Assembly: GCA_030167865.1 (NCBI GenBank) | Contig: JALAGF010004293.1 | Location: 1 to 47,543 of the forward strand | From: Craspedostauros australis | Lineage: Eukaryota | DNA: 47,543 nt | Direction: 5' to 3' | Part shown: positions 17,054 through 27,626 of the stretch, piece by piece | How the letters are laid out: each line of letters opens with the position of its first letter | How positions within the stretch are numbered: the stretch's first letter is position 1 | Notes under the pieces: generated by a model | What the model was told of the DNA's origin: nothing | The model's database searches: none | What the model saw: only the letters and a program-made list of their open reading frames with translations | Made by a program: the position numbers and the translations under genes

Positions 17054-19132
17054 TCAACCAAGATTCGAGCTATTCCTTCCTTGCTTGTCTCTCCCGTCAC
17101 CGCCACCGCCACCGCCACCGCCACCACCGCCGCCACCACCACCGCTACCACCCCCATGGCCATAACCGTCCTGGTGGCCCTGTCGCCTGCTCTCAGCCTC
17201 CTGCTTCAAACCGGCCCATCTGGCAAGTAAATCGGTCCCGTGCACTCCAGCGCTTCTGCCAATACTCGCCGCATTGATCATGTCAGCAGGTAGCGGGGTG
17301 GATACTGGAGATGCTGCAGTCATCGTGCCTTGTCTGGCACCCGTGTTGCCCGCTCTGTTCATGATGTCCAGTGTGTTCGACAACAGAAGTTGTTGCCGGA
17401 GGTTCGAATCCCGCTGGGCATCCAAGGAAGAAGCAGCTGCGATTTCAGGTGCGTCATTGGCAAAGAGGTTGCTCAACAACGGCTGCAGCCCAAGGCTTGC
17501 CGTGTTGAGCGTTTGGGATCTTTGCCTCCTTTCAGCAAGAAGGGACGACAAGCTTGCCAAACTTGCCTGATCCCTGTGACGACCAAGCTGTTGCTGCTGC
17601 TGATTGATCGACTGGAAGGGCAGTTGTTGCTGTTGCTGTTGCTGTTGCTGATGTTGCTGCTGTAGCAGGGCTGATTCCACCAGCTGGTCACGCAGCAAGT
17701 GCCGCTCGGCCTGTGCCAAGGCGAGTGCTCTCTGCAACCTCTGCTCACGCATGATGGTTTGGATCTCTGCCGATGATGGCAGGTTGGACAGCGACGATGA
17801 TAGTTCCTCCAGTTGCTGCAGCCGAGCCATCACGCTGAGTTGGCCAGAGCCCATCTGAGGCGCTGATGGATGCTGGGGTTGGTGCACCGGCAGCTGCGTT
17901 GGCGTAGCTCGACTCGTATGGGACTGTACATGGCTCCTTGGTTGATAATCGGTGTGTTGTGAGCCAGCCCCTGCGTACAAGAGGGAACGCTGCAAAGATG
18001 CCTGCAGATTTAAGCTGTCATTGGCAGCAGCACTGGCAGCAGCACTGGCATTGGCGTCGGCGGCTATGCTAGTGCTGAGAATGCCATTGATGGCGGCGCT
18101 GGCGCTGTCATTGTGGCTGTTGGTGCCTCTGCCGACGGTCTTGAATGCTCGCGTGTACGGTGATGACGTCGTCGATATGGCTGCAGTTGGCGCTGAGGCC
18201 GAGGCTGGGGCTGTTTGTGCTTGGATTGGGTCCATCCGAACGGAGGCAATGGATAAAGCTGCTGGCATATGAGCTGGCACAATGGAACAGCAGGCTCGAT
18301 CTCCTGGCGAGGTGGAGGCTGGGAGCGAAGCCGACAAGGGCGACGATGTCGGGTGTTGGTCGAAGAATGGCCCTGCGTCTTGCTGGTGAGTCATTTCGAT
18401 GAAGCTGGTCGAGACGCGCTCATTTCCCTTGCGCGCTCTGTTCCGAAAGGCATGGGCCACCTTGTCCTTCGCGATCGCATCAGAAACGACGATCCACTCT
18501 TCCGAGGTGCCCTCAGCCCTGCGCAAGAAGCGTGCGTTGCCAGGTCCCCGCACAGCCTTCACGACAGCGCTAGCGATGATCGACTTTTGGCTCCGTGATG
18601 CCGTATCGTACTGCCCCCTGTACTCGTCGACGATGGCATGGAATCGAAGGTTGCCAGGATGGCATTGGTACGGCCTGCCCCTCCCCAGCAGCACGTCCAT
18701 TGCGGCAGCCTTCGGGATGCGTTGGACAATTTCCTCCGCCTTGAAGTGCCTCTCCTTCCTTCTCACCTTCGCCTTGCTTTGCGATGGCGCGCCACTACCA
18801 GGATGCTTCCTGGCCTTCTTGTTCCTTTCCTGAACCTTGCTGCCATCTCCATCGCCGTCGCCGTCGCCATTGATATTCATATTGCTGTTGGCCTTGGCCT
18901 TGGCCTTGGTCTGGGCTTTTGCTTTCACTTTGGCCAGAGCTTTGGTCATCTTGGCTCCTCCTTTGGCTCCTCCTTTGACTACTCCTTTGGCTCCTCCTTT
19001 GACTACTCCTTTGGCATCATTGTTTGCATCGCCGTCTGCGTTGCTCTGTTTTCGAGCTTGCCTCGAGACCCCTGGCAGTTTGCGATGATCCTTGGAGAGC
19101 TTGCTCTTGCGCTTGGACTCATCCTCGCTCAT
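17054..19132 (-). CDS. DUF6824-domain protein with Q-rich/low-complexity C-terminus (putative transcription regulator), DUF6824-A, ~692 aa, intronless
   Basis: MDVLLGRGRPYQCHPGNLRFHAIVDEYRGQY...KSIIASAVV...ARFLRR...WIVVSDAIAKDKVAHAFRN matches the diatom-expanded DUF6824 pattern (DVLxGRG..HPGN..RFL..W..A.xKV..AFR). K-rich N-terminus, poly-Q and poly-G tracts. First ATG at 19132. Confidence 0.88.
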   Translation of the reverse strand: MSEDESKRKSKLSKDHRKLPGVSRQARKQSNADGDANNDAKGVVKGGAKGVVKGGAKGGAKMTKALAKVKAKAQTKAKAKANSNMNINGDGDGDGDGSKVQERNKKARKHPGSGAPSQSKAKVRRKERHFKAEEIVQRIPKAAAMDVLLGRGRPYQCHPGNLRFHAIVDEYRGQYDTASRSQKSIIASAVVKAVRGPGNARFLRRAEGTSEEWIVVSDAIAKDKVAHAFRNRARKGNERVSTSFIEMTHQQDAGPFFDQHPTSSPLSASLPASTSPGDRACCSIVPAHMPAALSIASVRMDPIQAQTAPASASAPTAAISTTSSPYTRAFKTVGRGTNSHNDSASAAINGILSTSIAADANASAAASAAANDSLNLQASLQRSLLYAGAGSQHTDYQPRSHVQSHTSRATPTQLPVHQPQHPSAPQMGSGQLSVMARLQQLEELSSSLSNLPSSAEIQTIMREQRLQRALALAQAERHLLRDQLVESALLQQQHQQQQQQQQQLPFQSINQQQQQLGRHRDQASLASLSSLLAERRQRSQTLNTASLGLQPLLSNLFANDAPEIAAASSLDAQRDSNLRQQLLLSNTLDIMNRAGNTGARQGTMTAASPVSTPLPADMINAASIGRSAGVHGTDLLARWAGLKQEAESRRQGHQDGYGHGGGSGGGGGGGGGGGGGGGDGRDKQGRNSSNLG
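18950..19015 (-). repeat. Coding 12/24-bp minisatellite (AKGVVKGG / AKGG) in DUF6824-A
   Basis: Plus-strand ctcctttggctcctcctttgacta units repeated. Confidence 0.8.
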
Positions 19133-19949
19133 GTCAAACCTTGTGGGATGATCTCTGATCGATTGGAAGTGGACAGGAAGGTCGGGCTGGTGTGTGTTTC
19201 TGTAGTCAGATCGTCCTTCGTCCTTCGCCACTCTCACGCCCTGTACCGCCTTCGTAGCGTTTCTGTTTGTCCTTGAATGCTCCTCCTGGATGTTGCTGTC
19301 GTTGTTGTCGTCAGGGCTGTTACTGTTGCTGTTACTGTTACTGGTATTGTTTTGGTTGTTGTGCTTTGTTGTGCTTTGTTTTGGTGGTTTCGAATGTTTC
19401 CGATGTTCGCGTGGTGGCGTTGTCGGTGTTCGAGCAATTGTTCGAATAATGGCGCGATGGTCACTGCGCGCAGCTGCTTCGTGTTTGTGTCATTTGGCTG
19501 TGTCCTTTGGTGAACAATCGCAATGACACGCATTGAAGTCAGCGCGTTGCACCGTGATTACCGGGAACGACCGCGACAGAAAGAGACATCGGAGTACAGA
19601 AAGACGTGGGGGCAAACAGGAACAAAACCTGTCTTGGTTGTTTCGGTACAATTCAACGCAAACATCGATAAGGGCAGGGGCGAACTGCTACGGGCGACAA
19701 ATTCCGCAACCTCGAATCAGAAACAACGCATCACGTCGAAGACATTTTGCCAAAGGGGGGCATGTGTGCTAGTTTCATGGAAACACGAACCGACAAAGTC
19801 TTAAGCTTCGGAAGAGAATAATACCGGGCTACTCATCGTGTGGTGCCCTGGATAGTCGTGAGGTGGTTGCATGTGACGCCATTCCAGCCGCCATGCTCTC
19901 TCTGGTACTATACTTTACTCGTAACATGCACACTCGATGGCGGGGCCCT

Positions 19950-20041
19950 TCATCAATACTGATACCCTTGCTGAACCATCCAATTCCCTCGGCTCTGCTT
20001 GTAGGCACATTCTCGTGTCCGTGCGCGTCGTGGAAGCGCTA
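19950..20041 (-). pseudogene. Possible decayed HA-domain fragment
   Basis: The minus strand gives *RFHDAHGHENVPT and, after one frameshift, GNWMVQQGYQY**. This matches the HA pattern F..xHGHxxVP...LGxWVxxQRxQY seen in the intact gene at 38.7-39.7 kb. Confidence 0.4.
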
Positions 20042-22659
20042 CTTTTGGCCCAAGATACGATAAGAGTAAGCCCAGCACCATGCACTGTCGTATAATAGCT
20101 CTCACGATTACTCGTACCCTGGCAAAAGTAATCCTGAATCTACCTCCCTTATCCAATACGAAGCGAGGGGAAGGGACAAACTTCGGAGTGCATTGGTACG
20201 ATTTCGGCACCGATACTCCTGCAAGTGCTCTGTGCGATGCATGGATTACGAGTATTCCACACTCCAGCGCCTTCTCACAAACGTCGACTGTCTCAGGCGC
20301 AGTGAAGGATGATAAAACAGCAAAGTAATGGATTACTCTGTTGCGGTTTGTCGGGGTGACACTGGCAGACCCGCGGCAGCGCTCCGCTGTCCTCGTATTC
20401 TACCAGGCCACACCATAAAAGTGTTCCACTATTGAGGAGAAGAGTACTCTAGCCAATCATGCTTTGCAGTACTCTGGACAAAGCCGTCTTCACTCCGTGG
20501 ACCTCACAATCGTCTTGCTTTGCCATGCGCACAAAATACATGCCCTTGCCCGCTTGTTCGCATCGTTTGCTTCTGGGTCTGCGTGAAATGTTGGCCAGAC
20601 GGGGAACCGGATGGATGACTGGATTGAATTGGTAATCGATGACGCCAACACAAGCGCATTGGAAGAACCTCCGTAGCACATCCTTGCGGCAGCAAGCTCG
20701 GGGGGAGGTGCCGCGACCCCCGATACTGGCATGTCCCTATCTTTTCATTCAGGTTTGCACCATGGCGATGATCATGATGATGGCGATGATTGTCATTTGT
20801 TGGTGGTGGACACCAATGGCGATCTCGACTTCTCAACTTCGATTGGCGAGGCCCACCACATGCCAAAGGCAGCTCCAGACACGCCAGGTCACCAGGCTCC
20901 TCTCCCTGTTCGTACGCCGCGAGCACAACGACGAGATGGCGTCGGTTATTTGCGGACCACAGCTGTTCCCTCGTCACACGGCGCAGACTGAATATCACTG
21001 TGAACCCGAGTATTATCATGTGGTAGCACATTCCAGACTTGGCCGAGAGTCCTCGCAGAGAGGATCACAGGAGGGCAGAGTCTCTATGAGTACTCCATAC
21101 TTGCGAGTGTTTGCAAGAGCATGGATATTCGTATGCAGGTTGCTCGTGCAAGTACAAGCTACGTACGGCACTCTAGCTTTTAGCTTGTGCGAGTGCTAGA
21201 TCACCATGGCCAAGAACGAGCTAACGACCGGGAAGTCCTGAGCCCACGTCTCTTCACCTTTGCCAACGCGAATCGTTGGGGTCTCGGCTTGATGTTGGAG
21301 GAAGATGAGAATGTTGATTCTAGCTGGTACTCTGCACGCGACCTTGTCAGTGTTCCTGCCAGCTCGGGAAGCTCCACGACGCGCCACTTGACCATCTGTT
21401 GTCCATCCACGTGACGCTGAAGCTCTTTCGTCGCGTCGTGTTGTGTCAGCGTCGACACTTTCAACAAAACAAACATTACTACAGAGCACCCTATTGTATC
21501 AACGAGGATAGCGTGGAGGGCTCGCACAAGACTGGCAGCCTCGCTTCGATCAGTGTCGCGCTCTCGACTTCCTTGGGCCTTGGTGCTGGCGTCACGCGCC
21601 CATGATTTTGAGCCATTCGAAGCGACCCAAGCGAAAATACGAAAACGAACAAATGCGAGAGCGCGTGTGAGGAGAACAGAACGAGACAGCGGAGTGGTGG
21701 TCTTGATGAGCCATTGTAACGATGGCAAATTATCGTATTTGTCTGTTCGCCTCTGCATGGAACCGCTTGAGACCAACGAGAAGTTGAGTGCCACTACGAT
21801 ACGCTTTGCTGCGATGTATAGCCACTGCACAGAGTAGTGGGGCTTACTTATGAACAGGCGCTTCCGTTAACACATGAAACCGTTTGGTGGGCACGTCAGA
21901 AACAAAGACAAGATGTGCAGCGAAGGAATCGTGATGGGTTGTCGGCGTTGAATGCGGAGCGTCATTCCAGCTCCCCATACTCGTCGTACTGTTTCTGATC
22001 TCCCCTCGGTTTGCAAAAGAGTCAGTTTCTCCGAGAATGAGATGACATGAGAAAGGAGCGCTTGTGATCATGAGCACGTGGAACGTTGGAACTCTCCAGA
22101 GAGAGAGAGTCCGTGTGTAGCATTACAGGAATGCCCATCAGCGATGAACGACAAACAATCGCCAACCAACAAGGAATGTACAATAGGCATCATGCACCAT
22201 CAACTACCGACCACGATGCGGGCTTGATGAATGTGCTCGACTGAACTCTACTCTGCTCTAATATCCGATTTAATGGGAGTGTTCCCCCTTTGCACTTGCA
22301 TCTTGGTGATGATCACATCCTACCACGACACCAAGTATGTATTATGGCGCGTGTGTTTGCATGGTGCGCACCAGTGATGCGAAGGAAAACCAGAGAACAG
22401 CCGACGTGGTGCTCATACACTCAGTCGTAAATATCACCATGCTCAGTAGCGGAGACAGAGGGAGAGTCCCAAGCCAACTGTGCCTCCCTTCATGGTTCGT
22501 TATTGACGCCTGGCGCCGAACAGCTGCGTCCACCTCCCAAACAACGAACAAAAGACTTGTGCGCATCCTCGGGCTATTGCGGGCAGGGGGTATTCGGCAT
22601 GAAGACGGAACATGCAGTTGTGTGTGGTTGTGGTGGCGTCGTTCGCCAGTGCACAAATA

Positions 22660-22830
22660 GCGTTCCGTCTTGGCGATCCCCAAGGATAGCCTCTTGACCC
22701 TTTCGCAATCTGCCCAGGCACGATTGCAGAATCGCCCACGAATGCCGTGTGCAAGGTTCTTCCTGGTAGCGGCAACGACTTGATTGTGGCGGTTATTGAC
22801 GCGCTGTTCCTTGTACCAATAGATCAAAGG
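22660..22830 (-). pseudogene. Possible decayed DUF6824 fragment
   Basis: LIYWYKEQRVNNRHNQ...GRFCNRAWADCERVKRLSLGIAKTE aligns to DUF6824-A IVDEYRGQYDTASRSQ...ARFLRRAEGTSEEWIVVSDAIAKDK. The last 24 aa align without gaps at 9 identities, but the conserved W and HPGN are absent. Confidence 0.3.
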
Positions 22831-25800
22831 TGGCACCACAAGAATAACGAAGGATGGCGAAGTCATGCCACGAAATTGCGCGTTTTGTCCTCTGTTTCTC
22901 TCGCGCGATACGACCCCACGATCTGGAGTACTCGTCACCAGAGAGCGCAGAACAATACGTCACCGGTGCAGTTCGGAATCGAAGCACACCGAACTGGCCA
23001 AGATGCACGTACTTAGTTTGCACATTGCGCAACTGATTCCAGTTGTGTTTGTCCTGGCGCGACCAAATCTCGCGCCCGCCGTCGCTGCTCAGACTCCAGC
23101 GCCGCACCACTTTCCCTCGTCGCATCTCTCCGCACGAAGCTCCAGAACTTGGCCCCATCCGGCGCATTTGGGCGAGTGAGAGTAGTGAAGCCCCACACTA
23201 AGAGCATTCGTTTGTCATACGACCTACAATTATGTATGTTGTGATTTTATGCTATTCTAAATGGAATAATGCGAGGGACTATCGCCCGCCACGAAGTGCC
23301 TGGCAGATAGGAGTCCCTCGAACCTTGCACGTACGCAGGTGTGGTGCGCACTCGACTGTGCTCCCCTCCAACGCCGCAGCGGGAGAAGAGTCCATCATCT
23401 CACGACCATGCACGACAAACCCGACCCGGAGCGCTGTGAGCAAGAGAAACACAGTTTCCACATTTCCGGCGCCACCACGACGTTGGTTTGGGAACGTTTT
23501 CGATCCCTTGGGCATAAACCTTAGCACCACGTGTGCGAAGCAGACGCTTGGTCGTTGGTGGATGTGGGCTGATTAGGGAGGAATCACGACCACCTCTCGA
23601 TTACAGGAGGGAAGGACGTTTGTATTTGATGGATGTCAGTTTGCTGACCCGTTTCGTTGTGCGTCTGTCTGTATTCCCCCTAGCATGCATGTATGTACGT
23701 CTGAGTGTATGTTGTTGCGTATGTTTGGATGGGCACATGTATGTCATCCAAAGTCCTTGTCTGTCTCTGTATTCGTTTCCAAGCTCTATTTGTTCGTTGA
23801 TGTTCGTTTGTTTCAGTTCTGTTCGTGGTCGTGAAACGAACATACCAGGAACCGGAATAGAGATCGCAATCGAGCTAGAAATGGGGAAGAGCTAGAGGTG
23901 CGAGGAAATGATCGCAACAGTTGAGAGATTGATTGTCTGTCTCGCTCTCTCGACTCTCTTTTTCGTTCGTAAAATATCTATTTCTCGTGTCGTGATCCGT
24001 TTGGATCACTGTGGTCTCCAACAACATCCTCAACTTGCTGGCAGATTGACTCGCAGAGTACTGCACTCTCCTGCACTCGACTCGTATTCCCAACCGCAAG
24101 GCAAGATTCTGTGAGTTAGGGATCGTCCCGAGAGGCAACTGCAACGGTCGCACCATGCACGAGCGCCACAATCTTCGAGGGGATAGGGGTTGGAGACAGA
24201 GCATACACAAATTGAGTAGAGTCGAGTCGAGTACAGCACACGGCAGAGTCTGCACTTCTCACTTGATACGAATCGATAAATCCTCTCGCTGACACCAGTG
24301 CTCCCACCGCTTCCTTCAACCTCTGTCGTCACAAGTCTACGTTCCCTCTTTTCCTTCTTTTCGTGGGGTATGTTGTCACGTGCTCTCTGCCATGTCTCCA
24401 TTCTGGGCTCTGCCTCCACGCGCCCCACTCAATCTTGGGTTGCCCACTCAAGACAGGACAATGGCTGTGCTCACACGGCCCGACTCCGCTCTGAGTTATC
24501 CTGTGCTATTCTGCGGCACTCTGTGCTGTGTGACATGTCGAATAGAATACACAACAATCAGTATCCGTGCGCGGCCTTTGTTGGTGAATACGCCGCCGCG
24601 AGAAGTCGCACAAATGCCAATAGGAATCAAATGGCTGAGTTTGTGCGATGAGCAGTATAATGCAATACCATACATGTATCATACCTACAGTAGGGATGGG
24701 ATAGAATACTCCCAATCGTACCAATCAGCACAAATGATTTGCCCCTGGGAACGATGCGAAATGGCATCACCAATAGTAGTCCTCTCCTGTACCTACACAC
24801 ACACCATGTCGCCTCCACCATGACATTCTCATCGTCAATACTCTCGTAGATCTGCTCATGCGGGAACAGTGATGTGCTCCACCAGTATACGTGCTCAACT
24901 TACTCTGCTCTACTCTCCCTCTCTCTCTCTCCCTCTCTGTGCGTGTCTGTCTCTACAGAGAGACACTACGCTATTGTACTCTGTTCGAGGACTTGTATGT
25001 CCATGGAGGTCGCAATGAAATCAACATCGGTCGATGGTGGATTGATAGCGCCTCGCGAGGAGCGCTTGCATTTTTCGATGTTTGCGAAACCAAACCAAGC
25101 TGAGCCAAGTTCTCTGTGATCCCAATCACGGCAACTGTGGGAGGCGATGGGTGGTTGCGTAAAGCCTCTTGGATCTTTTCGCGACGAAGGAAGTTCAAAT
25201 GCAGACACACCTCTTTGTCGGTCGTCGACTGACTCCTCACAAGGAGACGAGAGCACTGATAGCACGGATACGCGCAGAGGAGGAGGAGAGAAAACAGAAA
25301 CAGAGGCTGGCGCTGTCCTCTCCACGAGTTAGAGGACTCTACTCTGATCTAATCTGCTCTGCTTCCTCTGTACTTCATGTTTTCACTCCTACTATGGTAA
25401 ACGCACATGCAGATGGACGGACGAGAGGAATCACATATAAGAGCTCGTATGAGCTGGAGTTCATGCGAGTAGATTGCGAGAAGTGTATTGACGTTGAACC
25501 CGTGATTCCATGAGGGTATTACGCGCCAGAATACTCTCAGCGTGAGTGCACTCTGCGCATGCAGCATACTTGTATGCTGAGCACGACGAGCCGATGAATT
25601 CCAATCGACCAACAGGGGTGAAGGGAGGAGAAGGGTGCGCTTGGTGTCCGAGTGGATGGGGTCGTGATACTTCCTCGACACTCGTTTTGTACTTTCAAGA
25701 TGCACGTTGAGGCGTCGTGATACGAGGACGATGCGCACAAGTGAAAACCCCCCGTTTGAGCAGGTATGCACGGGCATTGGTGTCCATCGGAGTGGAGTAT

Positions 25801-27626
25801 CATGGTGTGCTGCTGAGAGGCAGAGAGGCAGAAGGAGAGAGAGAGAGAGAGAGCACATGGATTTCTCACGGTACCGGCGGTCATACCCGGACGATCCCAG
25901 TACTATCACTGCCCTCTGTGATAGAAGACAATAACACGGATGAAATTACGACGAGGGCATGGTTGAAGTTTGTGCCATCCTCTCGGCACGCGTGCGCAAG
26001 ACATCTGTGTAAGATTTGTGCTCGCTGCGAGAATGACACTGACAAGAGCATCGGCCTCAGCCTCAAGCCAGCGTCGACATGGGGGACAGAATCAGAGGTG
26101 CAGATCATCACACTCTCGTTCTGCACGAATGCATTTTCGTGGCGCCGTTTGTGATGTTTAGTTTAGTCATCACTTGATGTTGTTGGCGTAGACAAAAGGG
26201 CTCCGCAACCATCGAAATCCAGAGCACCCGAAGGACAATCTCTTGTTGCTGGAAGCGGTTCCAGATTCTTCAAACAACAAGACGAAAAAAGGGAGCGAGA
26301 TGCAGGAAGAGCAGAATGAAGAGGAGGATAGAGCATGCCTTTGCATGTGTTACAGGTATGTCCTCCATCACGAGCTACGCTCACTTTTCTAACTCTACTC
26401 ACTGATCTATTTTATAATGTAATACTACGCGTGCTCTGCTCCACTATCATGTATTACCTCCCATCCGCAAGTACAATTCCTCTGCTCACACGGAGTGGTG
26501 TTCCCTCAGCGTTTGCCATCCGCTTTTCTGTTGCTGTCAACTTGGTTGAGCAACATCCTCCCCCAAGTGATGCACGATGTCCATGATGTTCCGGTAACCA
26601 GAAATCTGGTGGCGCAGGATGGATTTGTCCGCCCGTATTGCTCGCGAGAGACTTCGTGTTGCGCTTAACAAACAGAAAAGGCGAATGGCGCGAGGTGCAA
26701 TGCACGATCTGGTTTATTCATTTGTGATCAAGTTCGCGAATCAAGATTTAACCAGGCGATTCATTGATGGGATTGTTCATTGCGTACGACATACTAGTGT
26801 CCTTTTGCAAACGTCTTGACATGCCCCGCGGGTCCGGCAACAGCGCGTGAGGAGCGCCTTCGTTCTGCAAACGTTTCCAAGTGCAGAAATCGCCGATGAC
26901 CAGAACAAGGAGGGAGGAACCGTTGCACCAAGGAGCGTGTGTGGTACGTGTGTGTGCGCGCACGTGCTGTCGTTCTCTGTTCGTGGAGTAGTTCGCAATT
27001 CCAGTCGAGCAACATAGAACAGAGCGGACAGTAGAACAGCGCAGAGCGCACACAAGGCACCCCGCATGCCTCAATCAGCGAGGCAATCGAACGGTACTGG
27101 TGCAAGGGAGCGGATGTGAGCACGAGCACGAGTACGACTACGAACACTGTTCGCCTCCCGTGATATTTCCTCGTTGGTTCCCCATCAATCAGCGACCACA
27201 GGAAACTCACCAGCAAAATTGCGGGAAGGCAAGTTGTGCCAACGCTGCCATTGTGCTTGTTTCGCGCTTCGTACTTGCGGCTCGTACTTCGTCCACGCGG
27301 TCATGGACACACCCGTTGATGTGCGCGTTGACACGGTCGTCCTCGTACTGGTTGCCTCGTAGCCTGACACACCAAGACAACACAGCACAAAAACTCAAAC
27401 TCAGGTGTGGGTCATATTTGCACACATCCTCGTGCCACACTCGTTGCACCGTGCAGGAGCCAACCAATGCTGAACATAGTGGCCGTCCGAAACCATCACA
27501 ACCCATCAACAACGCAGACTGCAACCCACATCACACAATCGCAAAGCACGACACTCACACACGATCGGAACTCGTTCAGAAAGACTCACGCGCGCATCGA
27601 GACGAAGGGTCTAACTTTTGCTAACC

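Noticed and set aside
20449..20690. KDVLRR...GMYFVRMAK...EV...TALSRVLQ on the minus strand, vaguely DUF6824-like
   Set aside because: Too few conserved residues to distinguish from chance.
26200..26700. GSGSRFFKQQD (about 26250) and ARIARERLRVAL (about 26630), each reminiscent of DUF6824 C-terminal motifs
   Set aside because: Too far apart, with stops between them and no GRG/HPGN part.
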